Virus record (IMG/VR): IMGVR_UViG_3300048599_000416 | Span: 2,890-66,889 of that record | Reading direction: 5' to 3' (one strand) | Length of the DNA stretch: 64,000 nucleotides | From: a virus | Taxonomy: Duplodnaviria; Caudoviricetes | In this document: in pieces, positions 40,101 to 46,913 of the stretch | How the letters are laid out: the number at the start of each line of letters is the position of its first letter | Position numbering within the stretch: the first letter of the stretch is position 1 | Made by a program: the position numbers and the translations under genes | Notes under the pieces: model-generated | The model's input: only the letters and a program-made list of their open reading frames with translations | Told to the model about the DNA's origin: nothing | Databases searched by the model: none

Positions 40101-43100
40101 CAATGAGTTTGAAAATGCTGTTGGAGCCGATGAGGTGGCAAAAATATGGAGTGATGTGAATGCTGTCAACAAATATTCTCTTGATATGCAGTTGAAATAC
40201 GGACTTATTTCTCAAAGCACATATGATAGCTACAACATACCTGTTAGTCGTGAAGAATACCTGAACGATAAAAATCTGATCGGAAACATTAAAACAAACT
40301 TACTGGAGAAGGGAAATAAAACCATTAATGTGAATGATGAGGTACGGGATTTTATTGATATGAATAAACGTTTGGATTGGGCAAAAAGACGTTTGACCGA
40401 GCTTAAAACCAATAGCATCCCGGAAGCGGATTTGAAGAAAGAAATTGAAAACTTTCTTTCTAAACAAAAAGCTACTACCAATAAAACAGAGAAGTACGAT
40501 CCTGAAAAGAAAAGCTATTACATTGAGAACATCATCAAGATACGCAATTCTGAAATACAACATCTGGAGAAACAAATTATTGAAAAAGAAAATGAGTTTC
40601 CTCAGAAAATACGGTTATCGAACAGAACTTCGGAAGTGTCGCTGAATGATTATTTGAAAGAAATAGCCGGTTATCAAAGTGAGATCGGGAGAAAATATTA
40701 CGTGCCACAGCGCGGATGGCGTTCGCGCGACATGGATACGGAAGAGCATTATTACGAACGGTTATCGAGAAGTGAAGATTACAAAAATCCGTACAATGCG
40801 GCATTGGTAAAAGCAAAAGGCCGCCGGACACTGGCAGGTGATCCGCTGGCATACATGCAAAGTATAGGTGAAAGTACCATATCCTCCATTGCAAAAAACA
40901 AAACCAAACAGAAATTTTTGGAGTTTGCGTTGGAAAATTCAGACTTTGCCCGTACACACGATTTCTTCGCCATTAAAAAAGCCTATTACGTGGCTACCGG
41001 CAATTTGGATGAAAACGGATACATGACGTACGAACGGACCTACACGCGTCCGGATAAGTCGCTGTTTGATGCCGACAAGAAAACAAGTGAAGAGTTGGCC
41101 GCTTTGATGATGGAGAAAAGAGATGTTGCGATATCGCATCAAAATAAGGAGCTGTCGAATTCTGAATTTATAAAGAAATTGACGGATATTTCCGATCGCG
41201 AAAAAGCTCTGAAAAACAGCATCCATGTAAAGCATGAAGGATACGAAAGCACTACATTGCAACAGCGGACCAGTGAAGAAAAGAAGCAACACACCGTGGT
41301 GGCATTGAAAAACGGTATTGAATACGAAATACAGTTCTCCAAAAATTACACCGGCGAACGGGTTGCTAATATCCTGAATCGCGCATTCAGTTCGAATGAA
41401 GTAGGAAGAATGGGGCGGGGATGGCGCAAGGCAACCGGGTATATGTCGAGCATGATGACGCAATACAATCCTGGATTTGCGGCGGCAAATGCCGTGAGGG
41501 ATATGCAGCTGGCGCTGGTAAGCAACGGAGTGGAATTCGGAATGCAATACAACATGCAATTTTTGGCCAATTACGCCAAATGTCAGCGCGCGGTATGGCA
41601 ATACGTGGTAAATGATCAGTTTGATGGAGATAACCGTTATTCGCCGGGCAAATACGGCAAATACATGGAAGAGTTCTTTGAAGATGGCGCCGCAACCGGA
41701 TGGAGTTTTTTGAAAGATGTAGAACAATTACGTAAAGACATGAAACTTGCTATCGATCCGACAATTAAACAAACCATCATAAAAGGAAAATACGGCGTAG
41801 TGAATTTTGGCGGGATCCGGCAAATGTTCGGATTATTGGGAGAAGGTAGTGAGTTATCCACCCGATTTGCCGAATATGTGACCAGTAGAGAGATGAAAAA
41901 CCCTGATGGTAGTAACAAGTACACCCGGGAACAAGCAACGCAACACGCCAAGGATGTGACGGTAAACTTCGACCGGAAAGGAACCAGCAGAACCATATCG
42001 TTGTTCTTCTCTTTCTTCAATGCTTCGGTACAGGGAACCAATAAACTGTTGCGAATGATGCGCGACAGACGCGTGGCTCAAAAGCTGGCCGGAGTCTTTG
42101 CAACATACGCAGCATACGGGTTCCTGATGGGATTGATGGACGATGATGATGAAAAAGACAGACGCGGGTTTACAGACTGGGAAAAAATGATCAATCTTAC
42201 ATTCGGTAATTTCAAAATACCATTGCCGCAAGGATTTTTAAGAGGATTTTACGGGTCGTTCTTCCAGTTGGGAAAAGCAGTCTCCGGAAAATCACCGTGG
42301 AATGAATCGTTATTAACAGCTTCGCAATTCTTTGCCGGAGAGGTGGTGCCTGAGCAGATCATATTCTGGTCGAATGGGTTGATGTATGACGACAAAACCG
42401 GTACTGTGATATTGAACCCATTGTCGGAAAAAACGTGGAAACGAACATTCAGAGGTGTAGCTCCTACAGCATTGCAGCCTGTTGTGGATATGGCCATGAA
42501 CACCAATTTTATGGGGGGAAATATTTATAGGACTGAATTCACCAACAAACAAATGGATACACAAGCCGAACGGGTAATGGGTAAGAAAAATACCAGCCCA
42601 TTGGCGCAAGATATTAGTAACTGGCTATGGGATTTGGGGGGCGGAGATACCTCTCCCAATAACAAGAGTTTGATGCGGAAAGATATGAACGGAACGGTAA
42701 ACAGCGCGTTTAATATCAATCCGGCGGTAATAGAATTTTTGGTAAGAGGATACTTTGCCGGTACCGGTAAATTTGTTCTCGATACCTACCAAACCATTTA
42801 TCAGATGGTAACTCCGGGGCAACATCTGGATGTAAGTAATGTTGCAGTGGCCAATGTATTCTACAAGCAATATAAAGAGCAGGACGACTTCAAAAAAAAC
42901 TATTACGACTTGCAGAATAAACTCGATTATCAGTTATCGCAATGGAGCGGACTATCTCCGGAAATGAAGCTGAAGCAGCGGGAAAGTTATCAAAAAGCGG
43001 TAGATAGTAACTGGAAGGATCCTGACAATGCAGCCATGATATATAAATGGAGAACTGAAACCAGCGCGTTGATGAAAAATATTGGAACAACGCAAAAGTA

Positions 43101-43248
43101 TTTGTCGAAGATAGATGAGGAAGAGGCATCCGGAAAATTGACCCCGGAACAGGCAGAAGCCGCAAAAGTGCAGCGCGGATTCGATTATGGTGCCGCTGTG
43201 AAACTGTTGAGTAACAGGTTAAGTGAATGGCAAAAATTCAACAAGTAG
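31114..43248 (+). CDS. Giant polyvalent virion/ejection protein (4044 aa)
   Basis: Recognisable modules: zincin KHEQQH; polyvalent inorganic-pyrophosphatase-like (EAGNYQKGHI...KDGDHIDVFVG); LPD23-like (ATGWEKGMDGLWRYE) with IHEIQH; ART-PolyVal-like (FKKWFGDW...VVYHGT); LPD3-like; C-terminal LPD38-like (VNFDRKG...FFNASVQG). Confidence 0.85.
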   Translation: MDNINNVLQQYAATAANPKYKGDWNVINSKFPELKGFDTKVLQQYAATAANPTYKGDWNVINSKFPELFPKNMNGKGVLAPTVNTNLPGMTVPVQQKSTQQIVKEHPSWGQNNNNAPDEEWTNTVDPTLGQQVVQGAKDFGHAAYTGVNQLGNNIWNAVNEGAIKVAQLEGKLSDNPTWQDHVQNVIKGSRENQKSMSDWSQTHQPADNIAGTLGGVVPYLAKGVMDITMPETALFTTGALGVLGIGEGMAAYDARKQAEGVNPNNYSAIDELKKAALGLTYGLAYSAPLGKYGKAMSKVVPESVRKGIADRFLGSPEGQQVMNGIYEKLVSQVPSNGKILAHNLVKSVVGGTGAMAAMQGIKDLGDVTMTNKKYSLADIQDQLASSVEQGLIFSALAPLSAHANIANRKQRWNAQKEATFTFGNDGKPIEVVFDRKGNPQGYDLFGKAVKLSPEQQANTISVPSDVLSSGIEQYKKSGTLPTDYDRQVYSGRLTNALKNISDANGNVAIPSDEGTGVMAIVGKGQDGNYQGIDHSGQPVQVDANTPLKQVHVSDVYNALMSKYDEVNGRKKTGSEQPLLNNEPTPAPEVTPEQQAVNDIHNSSNPDMNAIVHANIAGTDAPVRIVKGNIATKEDGTIDRGASDEAVYYQDADGKTKIAPIDNVTELASNVPVDAAIGQIQQKMAAANLASQLQVGDTGAMPDGTTSTIEQINPDGTFQLEVEMPDGSVRRAIAQSEEMAGLGFTTQTSNESIPTPVAESSSPKSPEGDLQAATSPQPLSQGEGQTEMPTPQSPEGDLKSVASPASIPTDEKGKRLFEQAPVEATIGAFKEAYDTPEKLSGAVDAVINRLSTQMKKAGKPKLTGDPDVDMQNELAAKQQIKDIQTKLDYWKSVNDALSAEAMQGADSHEAVWQNTADNSTDPNEIANAYNQAKEAGGFDAVEPWQQQLVGMKVHPESWNRFGDRNKAGDIKAWLSPKKEALTPDNSIDTIAQALSDTYGVEVTPQAIVDFIDNNPKNKIEPSNVYMRDLDKRFSEVATSISGHKVGGVESPSGKLFLSMFGKQTAPKSPEGDLESATSPQPLSQGDWQSAEEILNDPFADMADRVKAANELIAKYEENFPHAVKTTVCATSEEFVQQFGKQANFVSEELKQKKITGAYNEGNVFIHLPDVLDTPELEKTWKHEQQHAVNAEKDLTPLYDALGDGEMSKTIPGYRNMSINEIVDEHIAYSAETYNPDKSRGLVDDLIKENLNILTNGTTDGIDQYPDAGRGGEQRGLVAVGSDTGTEERNNAPDQRGGDDAGRSDGQGGAEKSQEQGVKSQEATSNPSQEGKQTSTPKSPEGDLESEPTAQFKASDIKEGEGIPQYVDRVVQEKQIHDELQRVNTEPTEAQKEAGNYQKGHITVQGMDISIENPVGSVRRGVDEDGKAWENTMQTSYGYFKRTEGKDGDHIDVFVGPDVSSEKVFVVDQNNPTTGAFDESKVMLGFDTPQVAKEAYLSNYEPDWKGFGAITEVSVEDFKKWLYDGAKQRKPFSEYVDTPEAVRLRTDRSGNEIGDGGWNVEPEIMDFKEYPQITSNVNKSQTTESTYVTYTNKDNSKSITVRFSNHENNAVKFGDQLNGYTATANQILYKLGLKTRDFIPEKYLSIWATQVKRKDVGNYEMADKTMPELYALGKDADLSDYKGKVAKNSNWLILGDKVSELDKTTRDAFGNSVRLGKYEYHDITPEEYAKQNSESKIRFRREEQSEIIQNAKQYADVEDFISAYKDADFRDAHSSPGFDDTPSEQKIEDGGDFSLVEVANGFHNQPDDYFAPRIGARYYGYDDKEGMQSYYAIKKAIDEIKSGKKNVKITAYRAIPKEVEQKKLIDRDWITFSREYAVSHGEYRFGEKQYRIIKQNVPVEHVWWDGNDINEWGYDTGQTTTFGRSDLKTIWEQAQAPKFRIIGERGAARMEDAENIIDNLKVAKEMEAAGKQPKEIRLATGWEKGMDGLWRYEVPDAEIDVDVLNELKNNSELANKNVNIDLVTYRKQENGLYTLSLKKKGATNTNEFADYKNLSVNELIGIIDNKEVSDKILNGEGNESFMGKNWDEAKEIKTNFTTFITGGELLPRVIQDKALFEVYPELKDVVVVFDKAQGLNASYETGDNQIIIRIGAVWKQTKSTLIHEIQHAIQDIEGFAKGGSAEAMNDYSLKESKKIIEDKYSHLPSYKTAKENGTLDEWVKKMVNATGEGITPLEAYRRLAGEVEARNASARMQMTPEERRNTLLSETADVAPEDQIVLMDQIDRANSEIDAKDYEAKLKEIKDKAIADGTFMKAPNGKDTNLNERQWLQVRTPEFKKWFGDWENDPENASKVVDKNGEPMVVYHGTGDKFFKFDKSKLGSREDAFFFTSNEKMAKDYGKPMSVFLSSKRFIDLDEDYRDVNGVQYHPGNKDFTKYFDGYSTDKDTDYNEYAVYNPNQIKSATANTGAFDEGNADIRFRTAGERLNKQDRISAIVDSKPLEITGEEYKGNYELNRNSAKSFIKDNLRGEYVNSESGDVIQIRKDGAQKITSHSMTNEDYLKTISVLPELIKNAVYIDELPNLKDKPKYTGYRYYVSGLKIGEKDYTVKLTVGVDASGYKLYDCSLTNIEKGKLIKEVGALTTTLPSNESTLSGVKDTKLIHLLQESDAKSENSDSGNGNEVNKIPVKPEYTPEKSLEQFVNEVVDYNKSQEPRAKSQEIEDIRFRSMPTPPVFAANTPAGDVAQQVTAFAQETKEIFKDADAQMQKIHRLHTMFLDRARPLEEYQRLMVEKGASLSDANNAYYDFIATTSWSTNQVAKFTESKIEPLQERLATLVKSKKLDTLPMYNWNMAKDDTGKVIANGKISNYDRISLYIQAKDILEQIEQNGMGRGEEGFANDVKRHDVKDVNPELKITLQDGTVLSKEEFEKKEGIISITKDTVKYRPANSNTIESLPTREYIRRQKIEPDPKSVAAIDEESVLRLADGKELTSHEYIQQYVNEFENAVGADEVAKIWSDVNAVNKYSLDMQLKYGLISQSTYDSYNIPVSREEYLNDKNLIGNIKTNLLEKGNKTINVNDEVRDFIDMNKRLDWAKRRLTELKTNSIPEADLKKEIENFLSKQKATTNKTEKYDPEKKSYYIENIIKIRNSEIQHLEKQIIEKENEFPQKIRLSNRTSEVSLNDYLKEIAGYQSEIGRKYYVPQRGWRSRDMDTEEHYYERLSRSEDYKNPYNAALVKAKGRRTLAGDPLAYMQSIGESTISSIAKNKTKQKFLEFALENSDFARTHDFFAIKKAYYVATGNLDENGYMTYERTYTRPDKSLFDADKKTSEELAALMMEKRDVAISHQNKELSNSEFIKKLTDISDREKALKNSIHVKHEGYESTTLQQRTSEEKKQHTVVALKNGIEYEIQFSKNYTGERVANILNRAFSSNEVGRMGRGWRKATGYMSSMMTQYNPGFAAANAVRDMQLALVSNGVEFGMQYNMQFLANYAKCQRAVWQYVVNDQFDGDNRYSPGKYGKYMEEFFEDGAATGWSFLKDVEQLRKDMKLAIDPTIKQTIIKGKYGVVNFGGIRQMFGLLGEGSELSTRFAEYVTSREMKNPDGSNKYTREQATQHAKDVTVNFDRKGTSRTISLFFSFFNASVQGTNKLLRMMRDRRVAQKLAGVFATYAAYGFLMGLMDDDDEKDRRGFTDWEKMINLTFGNFKIPLPQGFLRGFYGSFFQLGKAVSGKSPWNESLLTASQFFAGEVVPEQIIFWSNGLMYDDKTGTVILNPLSEKTWKRTFRGVAPTALQPVVDMAMNTNFMGGNIYRTEFTNKQMDTQAERVMGKKNTSPLAQDISNWLWDLGGGDTSPNNKSLMRKDMNGTVNSAFNINPAVIEFLVRGYFAGTGKFVLDTYQTIYQMVTPGQHLDVSNVAVANVFYKQYKEQDDFKKNYYDLQNKLDYQLSQWSGLSPEMKLKQRESYQKAVDSNWKDPDNAAMIYKWRTETSALMKNIGTTQKYLSKIDEEEASGKLTPEQAEAAKVQRGFDYGAAVKLLSNRLSEWQKFNK
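31132..31317 (+). repeat. Tandem intragenic repeat (84-bp core, 102-bp period)
   Basis: VLQQYAATAANPxYKGDWNVINSKFPEL encoded twice. Confidence 0.9.
33398..33507 (+). repeat. Cluster of in-frame palindromic elements (A-B-A)
   Basis: 26-bp element at 33398 and 33482 flanking a CCCCTC-TCCCAAGGT-GAGGGG hairpin at 33445-33465. Confidence 0.9.
34307..34370 (+). repeat. In-frame palindromic elements (A plus truncated B)
   Basis: 26-bp element followed by gcgacctcaccccaacccctctcccaagg. Confidence 0.88.
35044..35142 (+). repeat. AAGAGCC-derived units plus 26-bp palindromic element
   Basis: aagagccaaga at 35044 and 35065; element A at 35117-35142. Confidence 0.85.
39229..39261 (+). repeat. Perfect heptamer tandem repeat (AAGAGCC)x4 plus AAGAG inside the CDS
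   Basis: Read directly from the sequence. Confidence 0.92.
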
Positions 43249-43260
43249 TTTTAACAACAA

Positions 43261-43293
43261 AAAATGCAGGGCTGTGAGGCTCTGCATTTTTTT
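43261..43293. terminator. Bidirectional intrinsic terminator
   Basis: aaaatgcag...ctgcatttt between convergent genes. Confidence 0.75.
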
Positions 43294-43320
43294 ATATGTT
43301 GGATTATATTAAGTGGTTAC

Positions 43321-44259
43321 TTATTTAGAAAACAATGATTTTAATGTTGAAATTCTAAATTGTAACGATGGGTGAGAATCATATAGAGAAATTGTATTAG
43401 GATATAAATTACCAAATACAGAATTGTAAAAATTAAAAATTTTACTGAGACCTTGAATGTGTGATTCTGGATTTTTTCCTGTCCATTTCAAAAATAAGCA
43501 AGCCACAATGTCGGCTTCCATTTCTTGTTCTCTACTATATTTGTATTTATGCAAAATAGTATTATCTGTAAATCCGTTATCTATAGCTGAAATTGTATTG
43601 TTTGTAAGTTGATTAAAAGAATTTCCAACCTCTTCGGTATATGATCCATTTTTAGCGACAGCAATTTGGCTTCCCACAATAGCAACTCCTGCAAATGCTG
43701 CGGTTATTGCTGCTGCTGTATTATCTTTTTTTTCTTGTTTTTTATAGTTAAAATAACTGACTTCTGTGTGTTTTAACATTACATGGGCTATTTCATGAGC
43801 TATAACTCCAGTTATTTCATCCGTATTTAATAAATCCATCAATGAGTTTGAAAGATATATTTCTCCATTTGGAAGGGCATAAGCATTTAGATCATTTGAG
43901 GAGTAAAATGCAATATTTTTAAGGTAATTGGCATATGTAGAACCGCATAAATTTTTCATTATACTTAATGCGGTAGTATTTGTGGTGATTGAATGTAGAG
44001 AAAGATTAAATGTTTCGATTCCGAAATTCTTTTTGCATTTACGGGCAAATCTTGAATTGTCATTCTCATAATTATTTAACGCTGCGTTTTTAATGATGAT
44101 ATACTGCCAAAAAACAGAATAATCATCAGAATACTCTGGCAAATCAGAATAAGAATTAGTTGTATTGATAATATGATCTTTGCTTACATTATAAGTTGTA
44201 GTGCAGCTAAATAATATTATTGCAATACTTGACAACCAAATTAATCTTATTTTTCTCAT
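43321..44259 (-). CDS. M48-family zinc metallopeptidase lipoprotein (moron)
   Basis: LNAYALPNGEIY, VIAHEIAH, YSREQEMEAD, HPS motifs; signal MRKIRLIWLSSIAIILFSC; AT-rich. Confidence 0.88.
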   Translation of the reverse strand: MRKIRLIWLSSIAIILFSCTTTYNVSKDHIINTTNSYSDLPEYSDDYSVFWQYIIIKNAALNNYENDNSRFARKCKKNFGIETFNLSLHSITTNTTALSIMKNLCGSTYANYLKNIAFYSSNDLNAYALPNGEIYLSNSLMDLLNTDEITGVIAHEIAHVMLKHTEVSYFNYKKQEKKDNTAAAITAAFAGVAIVGSQIAVAKNGSYTEEVGNSFNQLTNNTISAIDNGFTDNTILHKYKYSREQEMEADIVACLFLKWTGKNPESHIQGLSKIFNFYNSVFGNLYPNTISLYDSHPSLQFRISTLKSLFSK

Positions 44260-44286
44260 AGTAAATGATTTATTTTTGTTTGTCCG

Positions 44287-44345
44287 CAAAAGTACAAAAA
44301 TTTTCCGCTACCTATTGCATAATGCAAAAAATCACATTATCTTTG
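44287..44345. promoter_or_regulatory. Divergent-gene TAnnTTTG promoter motifs
   Basis: TACTTTTG on - (44287-44294) and TATCTTTG on + (44338-44345). Confidence 0.55.
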
Positions 44346-44413
44346 CCCCCGACTGGTATCTATATTCTTCTTGGGCAAAACAATCCTGATTCGATTTTTT
44401 GACAAGATAAAAG

Positions 44414-44504
44414 GCAACGCCCTTTATGGTGGTTGGAGAGGAAACGACCCAACGACTTACACGCCCAGCGTATAGGTGCCAGTCACACCTACGATGGGCG
44501 TTGC
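44414..44504 (+). ncRNA. Structured leader upstream of the Rha antirepressor (candidate cis-regulatory RNA)
   Basis: Outer stem GCAACGCCC/GGGCGTTGC encloses GTTGG/CCAAC and TAGGTG/CACCTA hairpins. Confidence 0.45.
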
Positions 44505-44527
44505 TGTTTTATCACAATTCTTTTACT

Positions 44528-45322
44528 ATGACTGGCGAAGAGAATTTTAGTGAAACATTGCCTGAAACAGGCATGGGTTTTAGTGGGCAAACAATGAGCA
44601 GCCGGGAAATTGCCGTGCTAACAAGTAAACAACACAAAAATGTACTGGCTGATTGTGATTCTTTGAATGAGAATTACAGCAAAATGGGCATGGCTGAAAT
44701 TTCAGCCATGAATTACAAAGCCGACAACGGCCAAGTGTATCGGGAATACCAACTCACCCGTATTCAGACCTTCGATTTGATGACAGGTTACAACATTGAG
44801 TTGCGAATTAAAGTAAACCGCCGCTGGGAGGAATTAGAAAAGAAACAAGCAACTCTTGACTTTAGCAATCCGCAGACAATACTACAGCTTGCACAAAACT
44901 GGGCAGAGGAACAGCAAAAACGTTTAGCCGCCGAGCAACGGGCACAAATGCTGGATGGCGAGAACCAGTCGCTAAACCACGAAGTGAAAACACTTGCACC
45001 CAAAGCACAGTACTTCGATGAGGTACTACAGAGCACCACCACCTACACCATGACGCAGGTAGCCAAAGAATTGGGAATGTCGGCCACGGCATTAGAAAGA
45101 TTCCTGCATCAGAAAGGAGTTATTTTCAGACAAAGCACATCATGGCTACCCTACAGCAAGTATCAGGATGCGGGTTACCATAAGTTCAGAACCCACAGGT
45201 ATATTAAAGCAGACGGCACCAACGGAAGCAATACGATACTGGTATGGACTGAGAAAGGAAAGCATTTCATTCATGAATTGCACAGTGCTTCAGAGAAAAA
45301 GGAAATGACTGCTAACCGATAA
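44528..45322 (+). CDS. Rha-family N-domain plus ANT/KilAC antirepressor
   Basis: MSSREIAVLTSKQHKNVLAD...YQLTR (Rha-like) followed by LAPKAQYFDEVL. Confidence 0.88.
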   Translation: MTGEENFSETLPETGMGFSGQTMSSREIAVLTSKQHKNVLADCDSLNENYSKMGMAEISAMNYKADNGQVYREYQLTRIQTFDLMTGYNIELRIKVNRRWEELEKKQATLDFSNPQTILQLAQNWAEEQQKRLAAEQRAQMLDGENQSLNHEVKTLAPKAQYFDEVLQSTTTYTMTQVAKELGMSATALERFLHQKGVIFRQSTSWLPYSKYQDAGYHKFRTHRYIKADGTNGSNTILVWTEKGKHFIHELHSASEKKEMTANR

Positions 45323-45332
45323 TACTAATGCC

Positions 45333-45569
45333 ATGAAAGAAGTAGATACAGACATATTAGTGAAAAAAATAAAATCGTTTTTTGATAGCACATCATCAGA
45401 AGAAGTAACGAGTGATTTAAGACAGATGCTATGCAGTTACGTTGAATGTATAAACGATGAATTGACGTGGAATATAGGAGAAATGGAGAAAGAAATATCC
45501 GGTAAAGTTACGATGGTAATGGAACTGGTAAATTTATTGAACCGGATAGAATCATTGGTTAAACAATAA
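45333..45569 (+). CDS. Hypothetical protein
   Basis: 78-aa ORF downstream of the antirepressor. Confidence 0.6.
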   Translation: MKEVDTDILVKKIKSFFDSTSSEEVTSDLRQMLCSYVECINDELTWNIGEMEKEISGKVTMVMELVNLLNRIESLVKQ

Positions 45570-45590
45570 TCATTTACCGTTTTAACAACG

Positions 45591-45626
45591 AAAACCCCGC
45601 TTCCGAGAGATCAGGAGCGGGGTTTT
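45591..45626. terminator. Bidirectional intrinsic terminator
   Basis: aaaaccccgct...agcggggtttt between convergent genes. Confidence 0.75.
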
Positions 45627-45736
45627 ATTTTGCGTTTATTTTTTCGTTATTAATTTTTGAAACGGGTGTAATAGATTGGACTTTACAAAGCCTGTCATGG
45701 GCTGGTTCTATATGCTTTTAGTTATGTTTAGCCAAT

Positions 45737-46237
45737 TTAGTCATCTTTTTTAGTCATGTTTAGTCGTCTGATACCACCACCTGCCAATCCTATCACAAAA
45801 GCCGTGAGGTGAAGCAGAAAAGCGGAGTGAGGATTGATGGCGCTTACGATGAGGGAAATAAACAGACACACTTCCCATGTGATGAGTTGCTTTTTGGTGA
45901 TGCGAATTTCATTGGTGTTGGCCATTACCAGATAGAGGCCGATCATGGCATAAACCATGGCACTGGCGCCCACGGTAGGCTTGGCGTAATGCACGGCAAA
46001 CGAAGCTGCAAAAGCGGCGCTGAGGATAAACACAGCCAGTTTGTAAGCGTTGATTTTCAGTTCGAGAATGCGGAATAACGAAAAGAAAGCAATGCTGTTG
46101 AGGATGAGGTGCACGAGGTTAGCATGTTGAAAATTATAGGTGAGATGTTTCCAAATTGGAAAATACCCAACAAAGCCCAGGTTAAGCCCAAAAAGGCAAA
46201 AAACAATCAGAAATGAAAGAAGAAAAAGATATTTCAT
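45737..46237 (-). CDS. Rhomboid-family intramembrane serine protease (minimal)
   Basis: FQHANLVHLILN, GASA catalytic Ser motif, late His (LLHLTAF); about six TM segments. Confidence 0.82.
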   Translation of the reverse strand: MKYLFLLSFLIVFCLFGLNLGFVGYFPIWKHLTYNFQHANLVHLILNSIAFFSLFRILELKINAYKLAVFILSAAFAASFAVHYAKPTVGASAMVYAMIGLYLVMANTNEIRITKKQLITWEVCLFISLIVSAINPHSAFLLHLTAFVIGLAGGGIRRLNMTKKDD

Positions 46238-46245
46238 GAGTACTA

Positions 46246-46458
46246 TTATAAGTATTTACTGCACAATTTGTTATTTAGTTTAATGATTAAGAACATAAAC
46301 AATAGATGTAGAGGTATGATAAAAATTTGTTGCCAGTAAATATGTTTTGATGTTAAAAAGATACCAATGCCACATGAAATACAAAGTGCCATTATTTGTA
46401 ATAGTGTTGTTACGATTGCGATTTTTTCAATATCAAGCCAAACTGATTTATACTTCAT
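46246..46458 (-). CDS. Two-TM small membrane protein
   Basis: 70 aa, coupled between 46455 and the rhomboid gene. Confidence 0.5.
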   Translation of the reverse strand: MKYKSVWLDIEKIAIVTTLLQIMALCISCGIGIFLTSKHIYWQQIFIIPLHLLFMFLIIKLNNKLCSKYL

Positions 46459-46763
46459 TGTTTTTTGATTTTTAGTATTCTCCGGATGCTTCTTTTGGAG
46501 TATAAACGTTCGGGTTGGTTATTGTAAGTGTAGAGGATAGCTTTTTGGACATCCTGAAATTGAAGAAACTTTTCGGTAAACAATTTCTTTACCTGCCGTT
46601 CAAAATCGTTTTTAAGATCCGTTTTACGCCGGTAAACAATGTTACTGATCCGTTTGTACGAGACGTTGCATTGCCATTTCATTTGGGCAATATCATCTAT
46701 TGTTTTGTTGGTTTCTCTCCACTCCCGATGAATTTGAGAGATTGTGATAGAATTGTCTTTCAT
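46455..46763 (-). CDS. Putative DNA-binding regulator
   Basis: Basic 102 aa with two HTH-like ends (SYKRISNIVY; SKRSIRRIL). Confidence 0.45.
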   Translation of the reverse strand: MKDNSITISQIHREWRETNKTIDDIAQMKWQCNVSYKRISNIVYRRKTDLKNDFERQVKKLFTEKFLQFQDVQKAILYTYNNQPERLYSKRSIRRILKIKKQ

Positions 46764-46824
46764 ACGCGTAAAAACATCAAATGATTAATAAACGCAACAA
46801 ATGTAGTAATAAATCAACATAAAG

Positions 46825-46839
46825 TGTCATCGTGGGCAA
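46825..46839 (+). promoter_or_regulatory. Candidate late regulatory motif TGTCATCGTGGGCAA, copy 2
   Basis: Identical to 23186-23200. Confidence 0.5.
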
Positions 46840-46913
46840 ATAAAATGAGTGTAAAGTTGTTTCTTTGAGTTCATTTTAATGCGAAAAGCAAAATCAACAA
46901 ACTCATTTTTATT

